Below, piece by piece: positions 41,620 through 49,954 of a stretch of DNA of 64,000 nt. The stretch lies in assembly GCA_042566505.1 (NCBI GenBank), contig JBHPKP010000001.1:8483-72482 (forward strand). The letters are read 5' to 3'. The stretch comes from a bacterium. GTDB taxonomy: Bacteria > RUG730 > JBDRED01 > JBHPKP01. Within the stretch, counting starts at the first letter, position 1; each line of letters begins with the position of its first letter. The position numbers and the translations under genes are program-made. The notes below the pieces were generated by a model, which saw only the letters and a program-made list of their open reading frames with translations, was not told the origin of the DNA and searched no databases.

Positions 41620-42831
41620 TTAGTATAAAAATCCAAATAAATATAACGGTATTTTATTAAGATATCCTATCTCAATATTGTCCTGCACTAAATAAGCATT
41701 TTTAATATCCGTTATTTGTTTACTGGTTTTTGAATTGCCGCCTAACTCAAATACTATTTTATTATTTACCAAAAAATCTGCTTTTTCATGAGTAGTAACA
41801 ATTAACCCTTTATTTCTTAATTGATTAACAAAAAAAGTTTCTCTGAGGCTTCCAATATCAAAACTCAAATTAATTGCCCCTGTTATTGCACTTATTAAAT
41901 TCGTATTTTCAATATAAACTTTTGCAGGTTTTCTAATTAGTTTAAAGCCCTCAGCTTCATACCTCAAATTCATAACCAACCCTGTAGTTTCAAGATAATT
42001 TAAATAATTATACACATATTCCTTTGATATTTTTAATTCTCTACTCATTTTATCTATATTTGGAATAAATGGGGATGATGAACTAATAAGCCAAAGAATT
42101 TTTTTTAATGTAGGGATATGTGTCTGTTTAACATTGTAGATAGTTCCAATATCTTCGAATAATATTTTTTCAATAACATTGTTTACCCTATTAAAAAAAG
42201 CATTTTTACCTTCAAGATAAAACGGATAATATCCTATTCTCAAATATTCTTTAAAATACTTAAAAACCGAAATTTTACTTGCAATATCTTCTGCACACTT
42301 TACATGGTTTTTAATTAAGTGCTGAAAATCTATTTTTTCAAAATGACTTTTAGTTTCAAAATTCAAAAACTCTCTAAATGACAATCCTCCAAGCTCATAA
42401 TAAACAACTCTTCTTGATAAATCATATTTCCCCTTAACAAGACTAAACTGTGAACTACCTGACAAGATTATCTTCTTTTCTTTATAAATATCTATTATAT
42501 TTTTTACTTCTTGCGCCCAATTCGGATACTTGTGAACTTCATCTATAATTATTGATTCGCCGCCATGCTTAAAGTATTCCTTAGCAATATTATACAGTCC
42601 ATAATTTATCGTACTAACATGATCCCCTGAAAAATAGAGACACTTTTCCGGATTTCCATCATATTTTTCAATACAATATTGCAAAAGCATAGTGGTCTTG
42701 CCAACACCTCTAGAACCAAATATACAAAGAGCTTGTAAATTAAAATCTATCTGTTTATATAGATACCTTTTTGTTTTGTTTGATGTATCTTTTATATGTT
42801 TTCTATGCACTGTAAAAAGCTCTTCTAACAT
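41620..42831 (-). CDS. AAA-family ATPase with DUF4143 (COG1373)
   Basis: P-loop GSRGVGKTT. 403 aa, domain order typical of COG1373 ATPases. Confidence 0.65.
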   Translation of the reverse strand: MLEELFTVHRKHIKDTSNKTKRYLYKQIDFNLQALCIFGSRGVGKTTMLLQYCIEKYDGNPEKCLYFSGDHVSTINYGLYNIAKEYFKHGGESIIIDEVHKYPNWAQEVKNIIDIYKEKKIILSGSSQFSLVKGKYDLSRRVVYYELGGLSFREFLNFETKSHFEKIDFQHLIKNHVKCAEDIASKISVFKYFKEYLRIGYYPFYLEGKNAFFNRVNNVIEKILFEDIGTIYNVKQTHIPTLKKILWLISSSSPFIPNIDKMSRELKISKEYVYNYLNYLETTGLVMNLRYEAEGFKLIRKPAKVYIENTNLISAITGAINLSFDIGSLRETFFVNQLRNKGLIVTTHEKADFLVNNKIVFELGGNSKTSKQITDIKNAYLVQDNIEIGYLNKIPLYLFGFLY

Positions 42832-42976
42832 TTTAATTTCCTTAAAATTGATATTTTCAATAAGTTTAGTTTACTGTTTTAATTGAATTTAGTCAAGTAT
42901 AATTTTCTCTTTAATACTTTAATAGGAGTGTGTACTTTTCTATTTGTGATAATTATAGCAAACTGTACTTTACTAT

Positions 42977-44149
42977 TTAAAATATATTGTTCGCCAAAAT
43001 GCCAAGCAAAACTACTTGCGGGACAGTAATCACCGGAAGCCAAAGCGCTGTTCTTTTGCCAATATTTGACCACAAAAGTCCAATCTCCGTATAGTCCGTT
43101 ACAACTCCACCCATCAAAAACACAAACGCATTACCAAATGCGCCTGACTGTCTGTATATTTCGAATGCCAGAGGAGATGTGGACTCTGAGCAAACCTCTA
43201 GGATAGCAGCAAGACCAAGCGTCACAAAAACGCCAAGAATATTCGGACCCATATAACTTTGGAAAATACCCTGCGGTACATATGCAGCTGACAAACTCGC
43301 AAGCCCTATTCCCAATAAAATCCACCACAAAATCATATCACCAAGTGAGATCGCGCCTTTTATTATTCCGACAAATTCTTTTTTCATCTGCTGTTTTGTA
43401 AACTTGTAAGCTTTATATCTTTCTTTAAAGTCACCTACTATAGTAAAACTCTCATGCAACTCCACTGTATTTGGATTATGCTCAATAAGTTTTTCCCGGT
43501 CAAGAAACTGATAAATCAAACCCGTTATAACAGCTATTGCAATTGCGCACACAACAATAAAAATAGCCTTCATCCCAAAGAAACTGAAAAACAATATCGT
43601 CAAAGGAAGATTGGCCCATGGACTAGCAAGCAGAAAACTTATTACAGACGGCACTGACGCACCTTTTTTGTAAAGCTGGATAGCAATCGCCAAAATCCCA
43701 TGGCTGCATGCGCTCATGGCAAAACCTAAAATTACCGAATAAAAAATTGTACGCTTTTTCTTTTGTGAAAGAATTTTCGAAATATACTCACGAGGAATGA
43801 ATTCATTTATAACACCACCAACTACTAACCCTAAAATTACAGCAATATAAATTCTCTTAAAATACATCCAAATATTTTCACGAAATGGAATAAGAAATTC
43901 AAAATAAAATGACAAAACAATAATCAGTATCAAAATATATGCAATAATAAAAACCTTATGCAAATACCACTTGGCTTCCTTTGCCTCACACACATTACAC
44001 ATTGCAAGTTCTTCATCGGAAATATTATTCTGCTCTATAAATTTTTCCATACAGTGATTTGAACAAAAATAATATTTTTGACCTTTATAATCCAAGTGCA
44101 AACCAGTTTTTTCATTTACATCCATACCACAAATAATATCTTTTGCCAT
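42977..44149 (-). CDS. DUF318/ArsP-like permease with N-terminal YHS/TRASH metal-binding domain
   Basis: N-terminal CGMDV...YYFCSNHC (YHS/TRASH), then polytopic membrane domain with the CxC-containing EVCSESTSP motif seen in PF03773 permeases. Confidence 0.6.
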   Translation of the reverse strand: MAKDIICGMDVNEKTGLHLDYKGQKYYFCSNHCMEKFIEQNNISDEELAMCNVCEAKEAKWYLHKVFIIAYILILIIVLSFYFEFLIPFRENIWMYFKRIYIAVILGLVVGGVINEFIPREYISKILSQKKKRTIFYSVILGFAMSACSHGILAIAIQLYKKGASVPSVISFLLASPWANLPLTILFFSFFGMKAIFIVVCAIAIAVITGLIYQFLDREKLIEHNPNTVELHESFTIVGDFKERYKAYKFTKQQMKKEFVGIIKGAISLGDMILWWILLGIGLASLSAAYVPQGIFQSYMGPNILGVFVTLGLAAILEVCSESTSPLAFEIYRQSGAFGNAFVFLMGGVVTDYTEIGLLWSNIGKRTALWLPVITVPQVVLLGILANNIF

Positions 44150-44167
44150 TTAATTCTCCCAAATATG

Positions 44168-44195
44168 TAGAGACGCATTACAATGCGTCTCTACA
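44168..44195. terminator. perfect hairpin downstream of the desulforedoxin-like ORF
   Basis: GTAGAGACGCATT-GT-AATGCGTCTCTAC, a 13-bp perfect inverted repeat. Lies 19 bp after the small ORF's stop and overlaps the 5' end of the permease ORF. Confidence 0.5.
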
Positions 44196-44213
44196 TCAAA
44201 CAAAACCAAATCT

Positions 44214-44344
44214 TATTCGCCTTCTAAGATTCGTTCCATTGGCTGCTCACAGCAAACAAGCTCACCACCGCCGACAATTGTCACAACAACTTCATTGCCG
44301 CAAACATTGCACTTGTACTTTTCACCTACTTTTTCTGTGTTCAT
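44214..44344 (-). CDS. desulforedoxin-like small protein (43 aa), not in the ORF track
   Basis: Minus-strand ORF MNTEKVGEKYKCNVCGNEVVVTIVGGGELVCCEQPMERILEGE with the CxxC...CC motif of desulforedoxin. A perfect AGGAGG Shine-Dalgarno lies 8 nt upstream of the ATG. Confidence 0.55.
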
Positions 44345-44363
44345 AAACACCTCCTGATATTTT

Positions 44364-45332
44364 TTAAAGACCCACGAAATACATGTATAATCCCATCATA
44401 ACCGGGATAGTAAAAAGACTAATAATATAAATATAAAACGTAACCTGCCCAATAAATGCAGAATTTCCACCGAATTTTTCAGAGATTGCTGTAAGCGATG
44501 TTGCAGGTGGCATAGCTGCCTGCAACATGATAATAAAACCTAAACTTCTAAAATTCACCGGAAAATTTTTTACAATAAAAAAAGCAATAAGCGGCAATAA
44601 AATCAGTTTTACTAAAGCTAATTCAATAACAATTTTAGGACTGATTTTTAGTTTATTCGAAAAGTTTAAACAAATAATACCGCCTAAAATTATCATTGCT
44701 AGCGGCACAGTACAAGCCCCTAAAAGCTTCATAGGATTTAACAGTATATTTGGAATGTAACTAGTTAAACCGAAATAAGCTATGAAAAGTGAAGATAGAA
44801 TTGCAAAAAGCGGTGGATTAAAAATGTCTTTTATATTTTCTTTATTGAATTTTTTTCCGGCAGCTAACATCACACCAAATGATGCCATGAAAGGAATGAA
44901 TCCCAACAAAAACAAAAATACATAAACAAAATAAGTTTCAGCTTGCTCTTTTGGGAACATAGCTGCAATTAGTGGAATAGGAAGGTAGTTTGCATTATTA
45001 AATGTAAACAAACTGATATATTCTCGTTTCTCTGCCAGGTTTTTATTAAATTTAGTTATGATCAAACCAAACATCGAAGCTGCGCACATAAGAAGAATTG
45101 CACATATTGGATATATCCACCAAGATGGATATTTTTCCGTAGAGAACCTCGTAACCACACTTGTGAAAATCAAACACGGCAAAGTTACATTTATTACCAA
45201 TGTACTTAATGTGCTAATACAAACTTTGCCCAACATTTTTCTTTGAACTAAGAAAAAACCTGTTAACCCAAGTAAAAAAATTTCAAGGGTTCCAAGTCCT
45301 ATAACTTTAAATGATACAAGAAAATTTGACAT
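44364..45332 (-). CDS. AEC-family (auxin efflux carrier / malate permease-like) transporter
   Basis: 322 aa, ~10 TM helices, family-typical N-terminal topology. Confidence 0.65.
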   Translation of the reverse strand: MSNFLVSFKVIGLGTLEIFLLGLTGFFLVQRKMLGKVCISTLSTLVINVTLPCLIFTSVVTRFSTEKYPSWWIYPICAILLMCAASMFGLIITKFNKNLAEKREYISLFTFNNANYLPIPLIAAMFPKEQAETYFVYVFLFLLGFIPFMASFGVMLAAGKKFNKENIKDIFNPPLFAILSSLFIAYFGLTSYIPNILLNPMKLLGACTVPLAMIILGGIICLNFSNKLKISPKIVIELALVKLILLPLIAFFIVKNFPVNFRSLGFIIMLQAAMPPATSLTAISEKFGGNSAFIGQVTFYIYIISLFTIPVMMGLYMYFVGL

Positions 45333-45338
45333 AAAAAA

Positions 45339-45500
45339 TTACGCCTCTATTTCGAATTGATCTTTTCCAACTCCACAAACCGGACACACCCAATCCTCTG
45401 GCAAATCATTGAATAAAGTGCCTGGTTCAATATCTGCAGATGCATCTCCATCAACCGGATTGTAAACATAACCACAAATTTTACAAATGTATTTTTCCAT
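45339..45500 (-). CDS. rubredoxin
   Basis: [15 protein letters not shown]...[15 protein letters not shown] with two CxxCG knuckles. Start placed at the internal Met preceded by GGAGG. Confidence 0.85.
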   Translation of the reverse strand: MEKYICKICGYVYNPVDGDASADIEPGTLFNDLPEDWVCPVCGVGKDQFEIEA

Positions 45501-45604
45501 TTTCCACCTCCAATCCTCACTCCGCTTTCTCCCAATCCCCAATCAAGTTGAGGATAACAAAGGAAAGGAGAATTCAGTGAGGATAAATTTTTTATTTCAG
45601 AAGT

Positions 45605-45680
45605 TAGTAACTTGCAACTTTTTAACATGAACTCTTTCATACGAGCCGCAAAAATCGCTCCTGCGTCGCTCAGTTCGTGA
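45605..45680 (+). repeat. diverged copy C of the intergenic repeat family
   Basis: Shares the cores GAACTCTTTCATACGAG and TCGCTCCTGCGTCGCT with copies A/B/D. Flanks diverged. Confidence 0.45.
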
Positions 45681-45704
45681 TAAAAACAACAGTTTTTCAA
45701 ATTT

Positions 45705-46226
45705 CTATACAAGTAAATTACCTGTTTTTATAAATGTTGGTGCGCTCGACGGTGACTTTCCTTTTTTTACATGATGATAATATGCATAGGTCATTGGTGA
45801 AACATTTTTTAAAATTTCAGCATTTACAATTTTGCCAAAAAACACAGTGTGCGTAACTGCATCCGCACTACCCGAAACCTCCACTTCCAAATAAGCTGCT
45901 GAATTTTCCACAACAATTGGCGCACCTGTAACCCCAAGTTTATGTTCCGTACCTTCAAACTTATCAAACTCTCTGCCGCACCTAAATCCAAACTTCCCAA
46001 TAAATGTCATCGGAGTTTCTTCTTCCAAAATTGATACTGTAAACAATTTACTCTTTTCAATATATTCATGTGTACAATTTTTTTTATTGATACTGATTGC
46101 GAGTATTGCCGGATCTGCTGCAACCTGAAAAACAGAATTCGCAATTTGACCATTATATTTATCGTCGGATATTGAACTCACAATATACATTCCATAACTT
46201 AATAAATTTAATGCTTCTACGTTCAT
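45705..46226 (-). CDS. flavin reductase-like (FMN-binding split-barrel) domain protein
   Basis: 173 aa. Flavin_Reduct-like N-terminal signature (LSYGMYIVSS...GQIANSV) and size. Confidence 0.6.
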   Translation of the reverse strand: MNVEALNLLSYGMYIVSSISDDKYNGQIANSVFQVAADPAILAISINKKNCTHEYIEKSKLFTVSILEEETPMTFIGKFGFRCGREFDKFEGTEHKLGVTGAPIVVENSAAYLEVEVSGSADAVTHTVFFGKIVNAEILKNVSPMTYAYYHHVKKGKSPSSAPTFIKTGNLLV

Positions 46227-46237
46227 AAAATCTCTCC

Positions 46238-46885
46238 CTACTTAAAAACCTTTCTTGTTTCCTTGTACCAAAAAACAAAATCCAAATCCTGAAGCGGTAC
46301 ATTTATCTCTTGTGAAAATTTTAGCATTTTTTCTTCAATCGCAAGATATTTTCTTTCGGTTAATGTTTTTGGTATTTCTTTGATTACACCAAACTTTTTT
46401 AAATTTTTTAGAATATGCCGATCAAGTATTGATATTTTTTTTCCTAAACCTATATTTCGCAAATAATGGCTCGCTTCCTTGTACCCTATCCCTTGTATTA
46501 GTTTCACCAAATACTTTCTAATTTTCTTAACATCCTTTGATTTCAAGATATCCGGCAAAAGAGTTCCCATCCTCAAAAAATCTCTAGCTTCACAAATGTA
46601 TCTTGCTTTCTTATTGTGAAACCTCACTTCTTTTAGATGGACTTTAATATCGTCGGGTTGTGCTTTAAAAAGCAACTTTGTCTGAGTTAAATATCGAATA
46701 GCTTTGTCTGCATTTACTGCTTTTGATTGTGGAGTACACAAACAAAAACAAAGTTCAGTAAAAAGTTCTTTTGCATCTAATCTTTGTTTTTTTTGTAAAA
46801 ATTTTTTTAAACGAGTTTTTATTTGTGGTTTGATTTCTTTATAAATATCTAAAATTTCAGAATATTTATGAGTTTGTTTTTGCAT
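46238..46885 (-). CDS. ogg: 8-oxoguanine DNA glycosylase / N-glycosylase-DNA lyase (archaeal-type Ogg)
   Basis: 215 aa, helix-hairpin-helix region with the catalytic Lys/Asp spacing typical of the Ogg family. Confidence 0.65.
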   Translation of the reverse strand: MQKQTHKYSEILDIYKEIKPQIKTRLKKFLQKKQRLDAKELFTELCFCLCTPQSKAVNADKAIRYLTQTKLLFKAQPDDIKVHLKEVRFHNKKARYICEARDFLRMGTLLPDILKSKDVKKIRKYLVKLIQGIGYKEASHYLRNIGLGKKISILDRHILKNLKKFGVIKEIPKTLTERKYLAIEEKMLKFSQEINVPLQDLDFVFWYKETRKVFK

Positions 46886-46889
46886 GATA

Positions 46890-48053
46890 TTATTTTAAGC
46901 CTGTGAGTAAATTCTTAACTTCAGTAAGCTGATCTTCAGATGGCACATAATTAACTCTTATAGGATCTATTACTTTTTCAAATCCCATACCAGATAAAAT
47001 TTCATCAATCTGTTTCACACTTTGACCACCCCAGCCATATGAACCAAATGCCAGATATTTCCGATCTTTAGGAGCAAGCCCTTTCAGGTATGTTAAGAAC
47101 GATGCAACCGTTGGCAGCATATTATTATTCAGTGTAGGCGAACCCACACAAATATATTCTGCATCCAAAACCTCAGTCATCGCGTCTGAAATGTGGCTGC
47201 TCTTAAGATCAATAAGAACTGCCTTAATATTTTTATCCTCAAATGCATCATAAATCGATTTTGCAATCTTTTCCGTTGAATGCCACATGCTATCATAAAC
47301 TATAACAGCTTTTCGGACCGTATCGTTATTTGCCCATGCAGTATACCTGGAAACTATCTCACTAATATTTTTTCGCCAAATTATTCCATGGCTTGGTGCA
47401 ATCATATCAATAGCCAGCCCACCAACTACAGTAAGTGCTTTTTGCACCTGTTGCCCAAACGGCAACACAATATTTGCATAATATTTTGCAGCCTGCTCCA
47501 TGATGATTCCCAAATCCAATTCATCATCAAATCTTTCATAGCTTGCAATATGCTGACCAAATGCATCGTTTGGAATGAGCAGTTTATCCTCTGGAATATA
47601 TGTAACCATAGAGTCCGGCCAATGAACCATCGGGATTTGTACGAAATTCAGATTACGTTTGCCAATATTAAATGTAGAACCTGTTGAAACTATTTCTGCA
47701 TCAAAATCCTGTTTATAGTGAATCTTGAGTCCATCAAGTCCTTTTTGTGATGTAATAATCTTTGCATTTGGGACAAGCTCTAAAAACTCTGGCAGACTGC
47801 CTGAATGATCCATCTCAACATGGTTCACAACTACATAATCAATCTTACTCAGATCAATCACACTTTTGATACGCTCGAGCATCTCATCATATTTATAGTC
47901 CTTAACCGTATCCACCAAAACTACTTTTTCATCGATAAGTAAATACGAATTGTATGTCGAACCTTTTTGAGTCTTATATCCATGAAACTCTCTCAAATTC
48001 CAATCAATTCCGCCAACCCAAAAAATATTATCTTTTATCTCAACTGCCTTCAC
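46890..48053 (-). CDS. fprA: flavodiiron protein (rubredoxin:oxygen/NO oxidoreductase, FprA family)
   Basis: Metallo-beta-lactamase-like diiron motif HVEMDHSG plus C-terminal flavodoxin domain. Size 387 aa. Confidence 0.85.
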   Translation of the reverse strand: MKAVEIKDNIFWVGGIDWNLREFHGYKTQKGSTYNSYLLIDEKVVLVDTVKDYKYDEMLERIKSVIDLSKIDYVVVNHVEMDHSGSLPEFLELVPNAKIITSQKGLDGLKIHYKQDFDAEIVSTGSTFNIGKRNLNFVQIPMVHWPDSMVTYIPEDKLLIPNDAFGQHIASYERFDDELDLGIIMEQAAKYYANIVLPFGQQVQKALTVVGGLAIDMIAPSHGIIWRKNISEIVSRYTAWANNDTVRKAVIVYDSMWHSTEKIAKSIYDAFEDKNIKAVLIDLKSSHISDAMTEVLDAEYICVGSPTLNNNMLPTVASFLTYLKGLAPKDRKYLAFGSYGWGGQSVKQIDEILSGMGFEKVIDPIRVNYVPSEDQLTEVKNLLTGLK

Positions 48054-48065
48054 TATCTTACTCCT

Positions 48066-48416
48066 TTAAACTGTTACTGCTATTGCATTCTCCCACATAC
48101 CGTGCACATTACACATTGACAATGCTATCAAACTTTTAAACTTCCCCTTCACAACATGTGTCTTCACATATGGAACTGTATTTTCACCGCCAAGTACAAA
48201 CCTTGTTAAAAACACTAATTTACCTGTTTCATCTAATCCAAACAAATCTATAAATTGTATATGATGTTCCGGTGTATGTGGATGCAGCACAGTTTCGCCA
48301 ACCTTTATAACAACACTCACTTCATTACATGTTGAACATGCAGTTACATTTATAAATGGAACATGTTTCTCTTTTCCTTCCTCACTTCCTTTTTTGATCA
48401 AGCCTCCAAATTCCAT
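48066..48416 (-). CDS. superoxide reductase (neelaredoxin/desulfoferrodoxin centre II type)
   Basis: 116 aa, EKHVPF motif and the His/Cys ligand pattern of 1Fe-SOR. Confidence 0.8.
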   Translation of the reverse strand: MEFGGLIKKGSEEGKEKHVPFINVTACSTCNEVSVVIKVGETVLHPHTPEHHIQFIDLFGLDETGKLVFLTRFVLGGENTVPYVKTHVVKGKFKSLIALSMCNVHGMWENAIAVTV

Positions 48417-48450
48417 AATGACCCTCCAAGTTTTATATGCTTTCCAATTA

Positions 48451-49026
48451 CTAACAGATGCACACTACCTCATAATAGCTTTGTGGATGCTCACATGCCG
48501 GACATTTTTTTGGCGCTTCATTGCCTTTTTGTATATATCCACAGTTTCTACATTTCCATTTCACTTCATGATCTTTTTTGAATACTTCACCCTTTTCAAT
48601 CTCTGCTAATAGTTTTAAGTAACGTGCTTCATGCTCTCTTTCAACATCTGCAATAAACTTAAAAGTATCTGCAACATCTTTAAAACCCTCTTCGAGCGCT
48701 GTATTTGCACCTTCAAGATATAGCTTACCCCATTCTTCATGCTCACCTTCTGCAGCAGCTTTTAAATTCGACTTCGTGTCTAAAATTTTACCGGCAGGAT
48801 ACATTGCAGTTATTTCAACTGCTCCACCTTCTAAATATTTGAAAAACTTTTTTGCATGTTCTTTTTCATTTTCAGCAGTTTCCAAAAATACAGCAGAGAT
48901 ATGCTCATACCCTTCTTTTTTTGCAGCACTTGCAAAATAGGTATATCTATTTCTTGCCTGTGACTCACCTGCAAATGAAGCTAATAAATTCTTTTCTGTT
49001 TTTGTTCCTTTTAAACTTTTTGACAT
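48451..49026 (-). CDS. rbr: rubrerythrin
   Basis: N-terminal diiron ferritin-like domain plus C-terminal rubredoxin-like CRNCGY...CPACEH. Confidence 0.9.
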   Translation of the reverse strand: MSKSLKGTKTEKNLLASFAGESQARNRYTYFASAAKKEGYEHISAVFLETAENEKEHAKKFFKYLEGGAVEITAMYPAGKILDTKSNLKAAAEGEHEEWGKLYLEGANTALEEGFKDVADTFKFIADVEREHEARYLKLLAEIEKGEVFKKDHEVKWKCRNCGYIQKGNEAPKKCPACEHPQSYYEVVCIC

Positions 49027-49098
49027 TTTTCTCTCCTATAATAAATTCCCCCCTCTTCCATCAGCTTATTGGAGAGGGAGTTAGAATTAGAATGAGGA

Positions 49099-49617
49099 CT
49101 ATTTCACCTGTAGTAGCGATGGCACAGTAAATACCCTCAGAGCAAGTTCACTATCAAATGCTAAAAGTGCCTGACCTGCATCACCGAATGTATCCAGCTT
49201 TTGCAATAAGCCGCTTGCATTTGCTTCTTCTTCAACCTGCTCTTTTATAAACCATTCTAAGAAATTTTCAGTAGCAAAGTCATTCTCAGTTCTTGCCAAT
49301 GCAGAAAGTGAATGAATCAATCCTGTAACTTTTTGCTCATGCTCAAGTGTGTGTTTAAACAAATTACGGACAGATGTAAAATCATTTTTTGGAGCTTCAA
49401 TTGCATCCAAAATAACACGCGCACCCTGCTGACTCATGTAATTGTAAAGTATCCTCGCATGCGCAAGCTCTTCCTCAACCTGTACCCCAAACCAGTTTGC
49501 AGTTCCCTTCAATCCAATTGATTCTGCATAACTTGCCATTGAAAGATATAGATAACTCGAGAAAATCTCTCGATTAATCTGAAAATTAATACTCGTTGCC
49601 ATCTTATCACTAATCAT
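49099..49617 (-). CDS. ftn: non-haem ferritin
   Basis: YLYLSMASYAE...EEELAH...TLEHEQ...ENFLEWFIKEQVEEEANA typical of bacterial Ftn. Confidence 0.85.
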   Translation of the reverse strand: MISDKMATSINFQINREIFSSYLYLSMASYAESIGLKGTANWFGVQVEEELAHARILYNYMSQQGARVILDAIEAPKNDFTSVRNLFKHTLEHEQKVTGLIHSLSALARTENDFATENFLEWFIKEQVEEEANASGLLQKLDTFGDAGQALLAFDSELALRVFTVPSLLQVK

Positions 49618-49644
49618 TATTCCCCCTATACTCTGTATTCTAAA

Positions 49645-49911
49645 TTACTTTTGTTTCTCTAATTTCAAATCTACTAATTTAGCAGCTACTCCCTCGAGTA
49701 AGTTCAATTTATGCTGCATATCTTCTTGCTTTTGAGTGTCCCCGACCAGTTCCAAAATCACCAAACCACTATTCGAGCAATTGTCCAAGACTCCATCGTG
49801 AATACCGAGTCTTGTCTTAATTAAGCAACCCCAAGCTGTCAAAATTTTCTGAACCATTACAGCTTCTTCCGATCTTTTGTCGATCAAAATCAACATTAAA
49901 GTTTTACCCAT
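49645..49911 (-). CDS. small ACT/NikR-C-like regulatory protein (resembles the TM1266 'iron-only hydrogenase system regulator' family)
   Basis: 88 aa. Pattern LILIDKRSEEA...ILTAWGCLIKTRLGIH...LVILELVGD...LEGV fits that small-protein family from memory. Not verified. Confidence 0.35.
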   Translation of the reverse strand: MGKTLMLILIDKRSEEAVMVQKILTAWGCLIKTRLGIHDGVLDNCSNSGLVILELVGDTQKQEDMQHKLNLLEGVAAKLVDLKLEKQK

Positions 49912-49936
49912 TGAACCCTCCTGGTATAATCCTCAC

Positions 49937-49952
49937 TACAAATATTTGTAGA
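49937..49952. promoter_or_regulatory. 16-bp perfect palindrome immediately upstream of the small regulator gene
   Basis: CTACAAATATTTGTAG, 26 bp upstream of the ORF start, adjacent to the shared AGTGAGGATT motif. Confidence 0.35.
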
Positions 49953-49954
49953 TA

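Noticed and set aside
45347-45712. 121-aa minus-strand ORF spanning rubredoxin and the upstream intergenic repeat
   Set aside because: It is an out-of-frame read-through of the rubredoxin gene extended across the copy-C repeat. The rubredoxin start with its GGAGG RBS is the credible gene.
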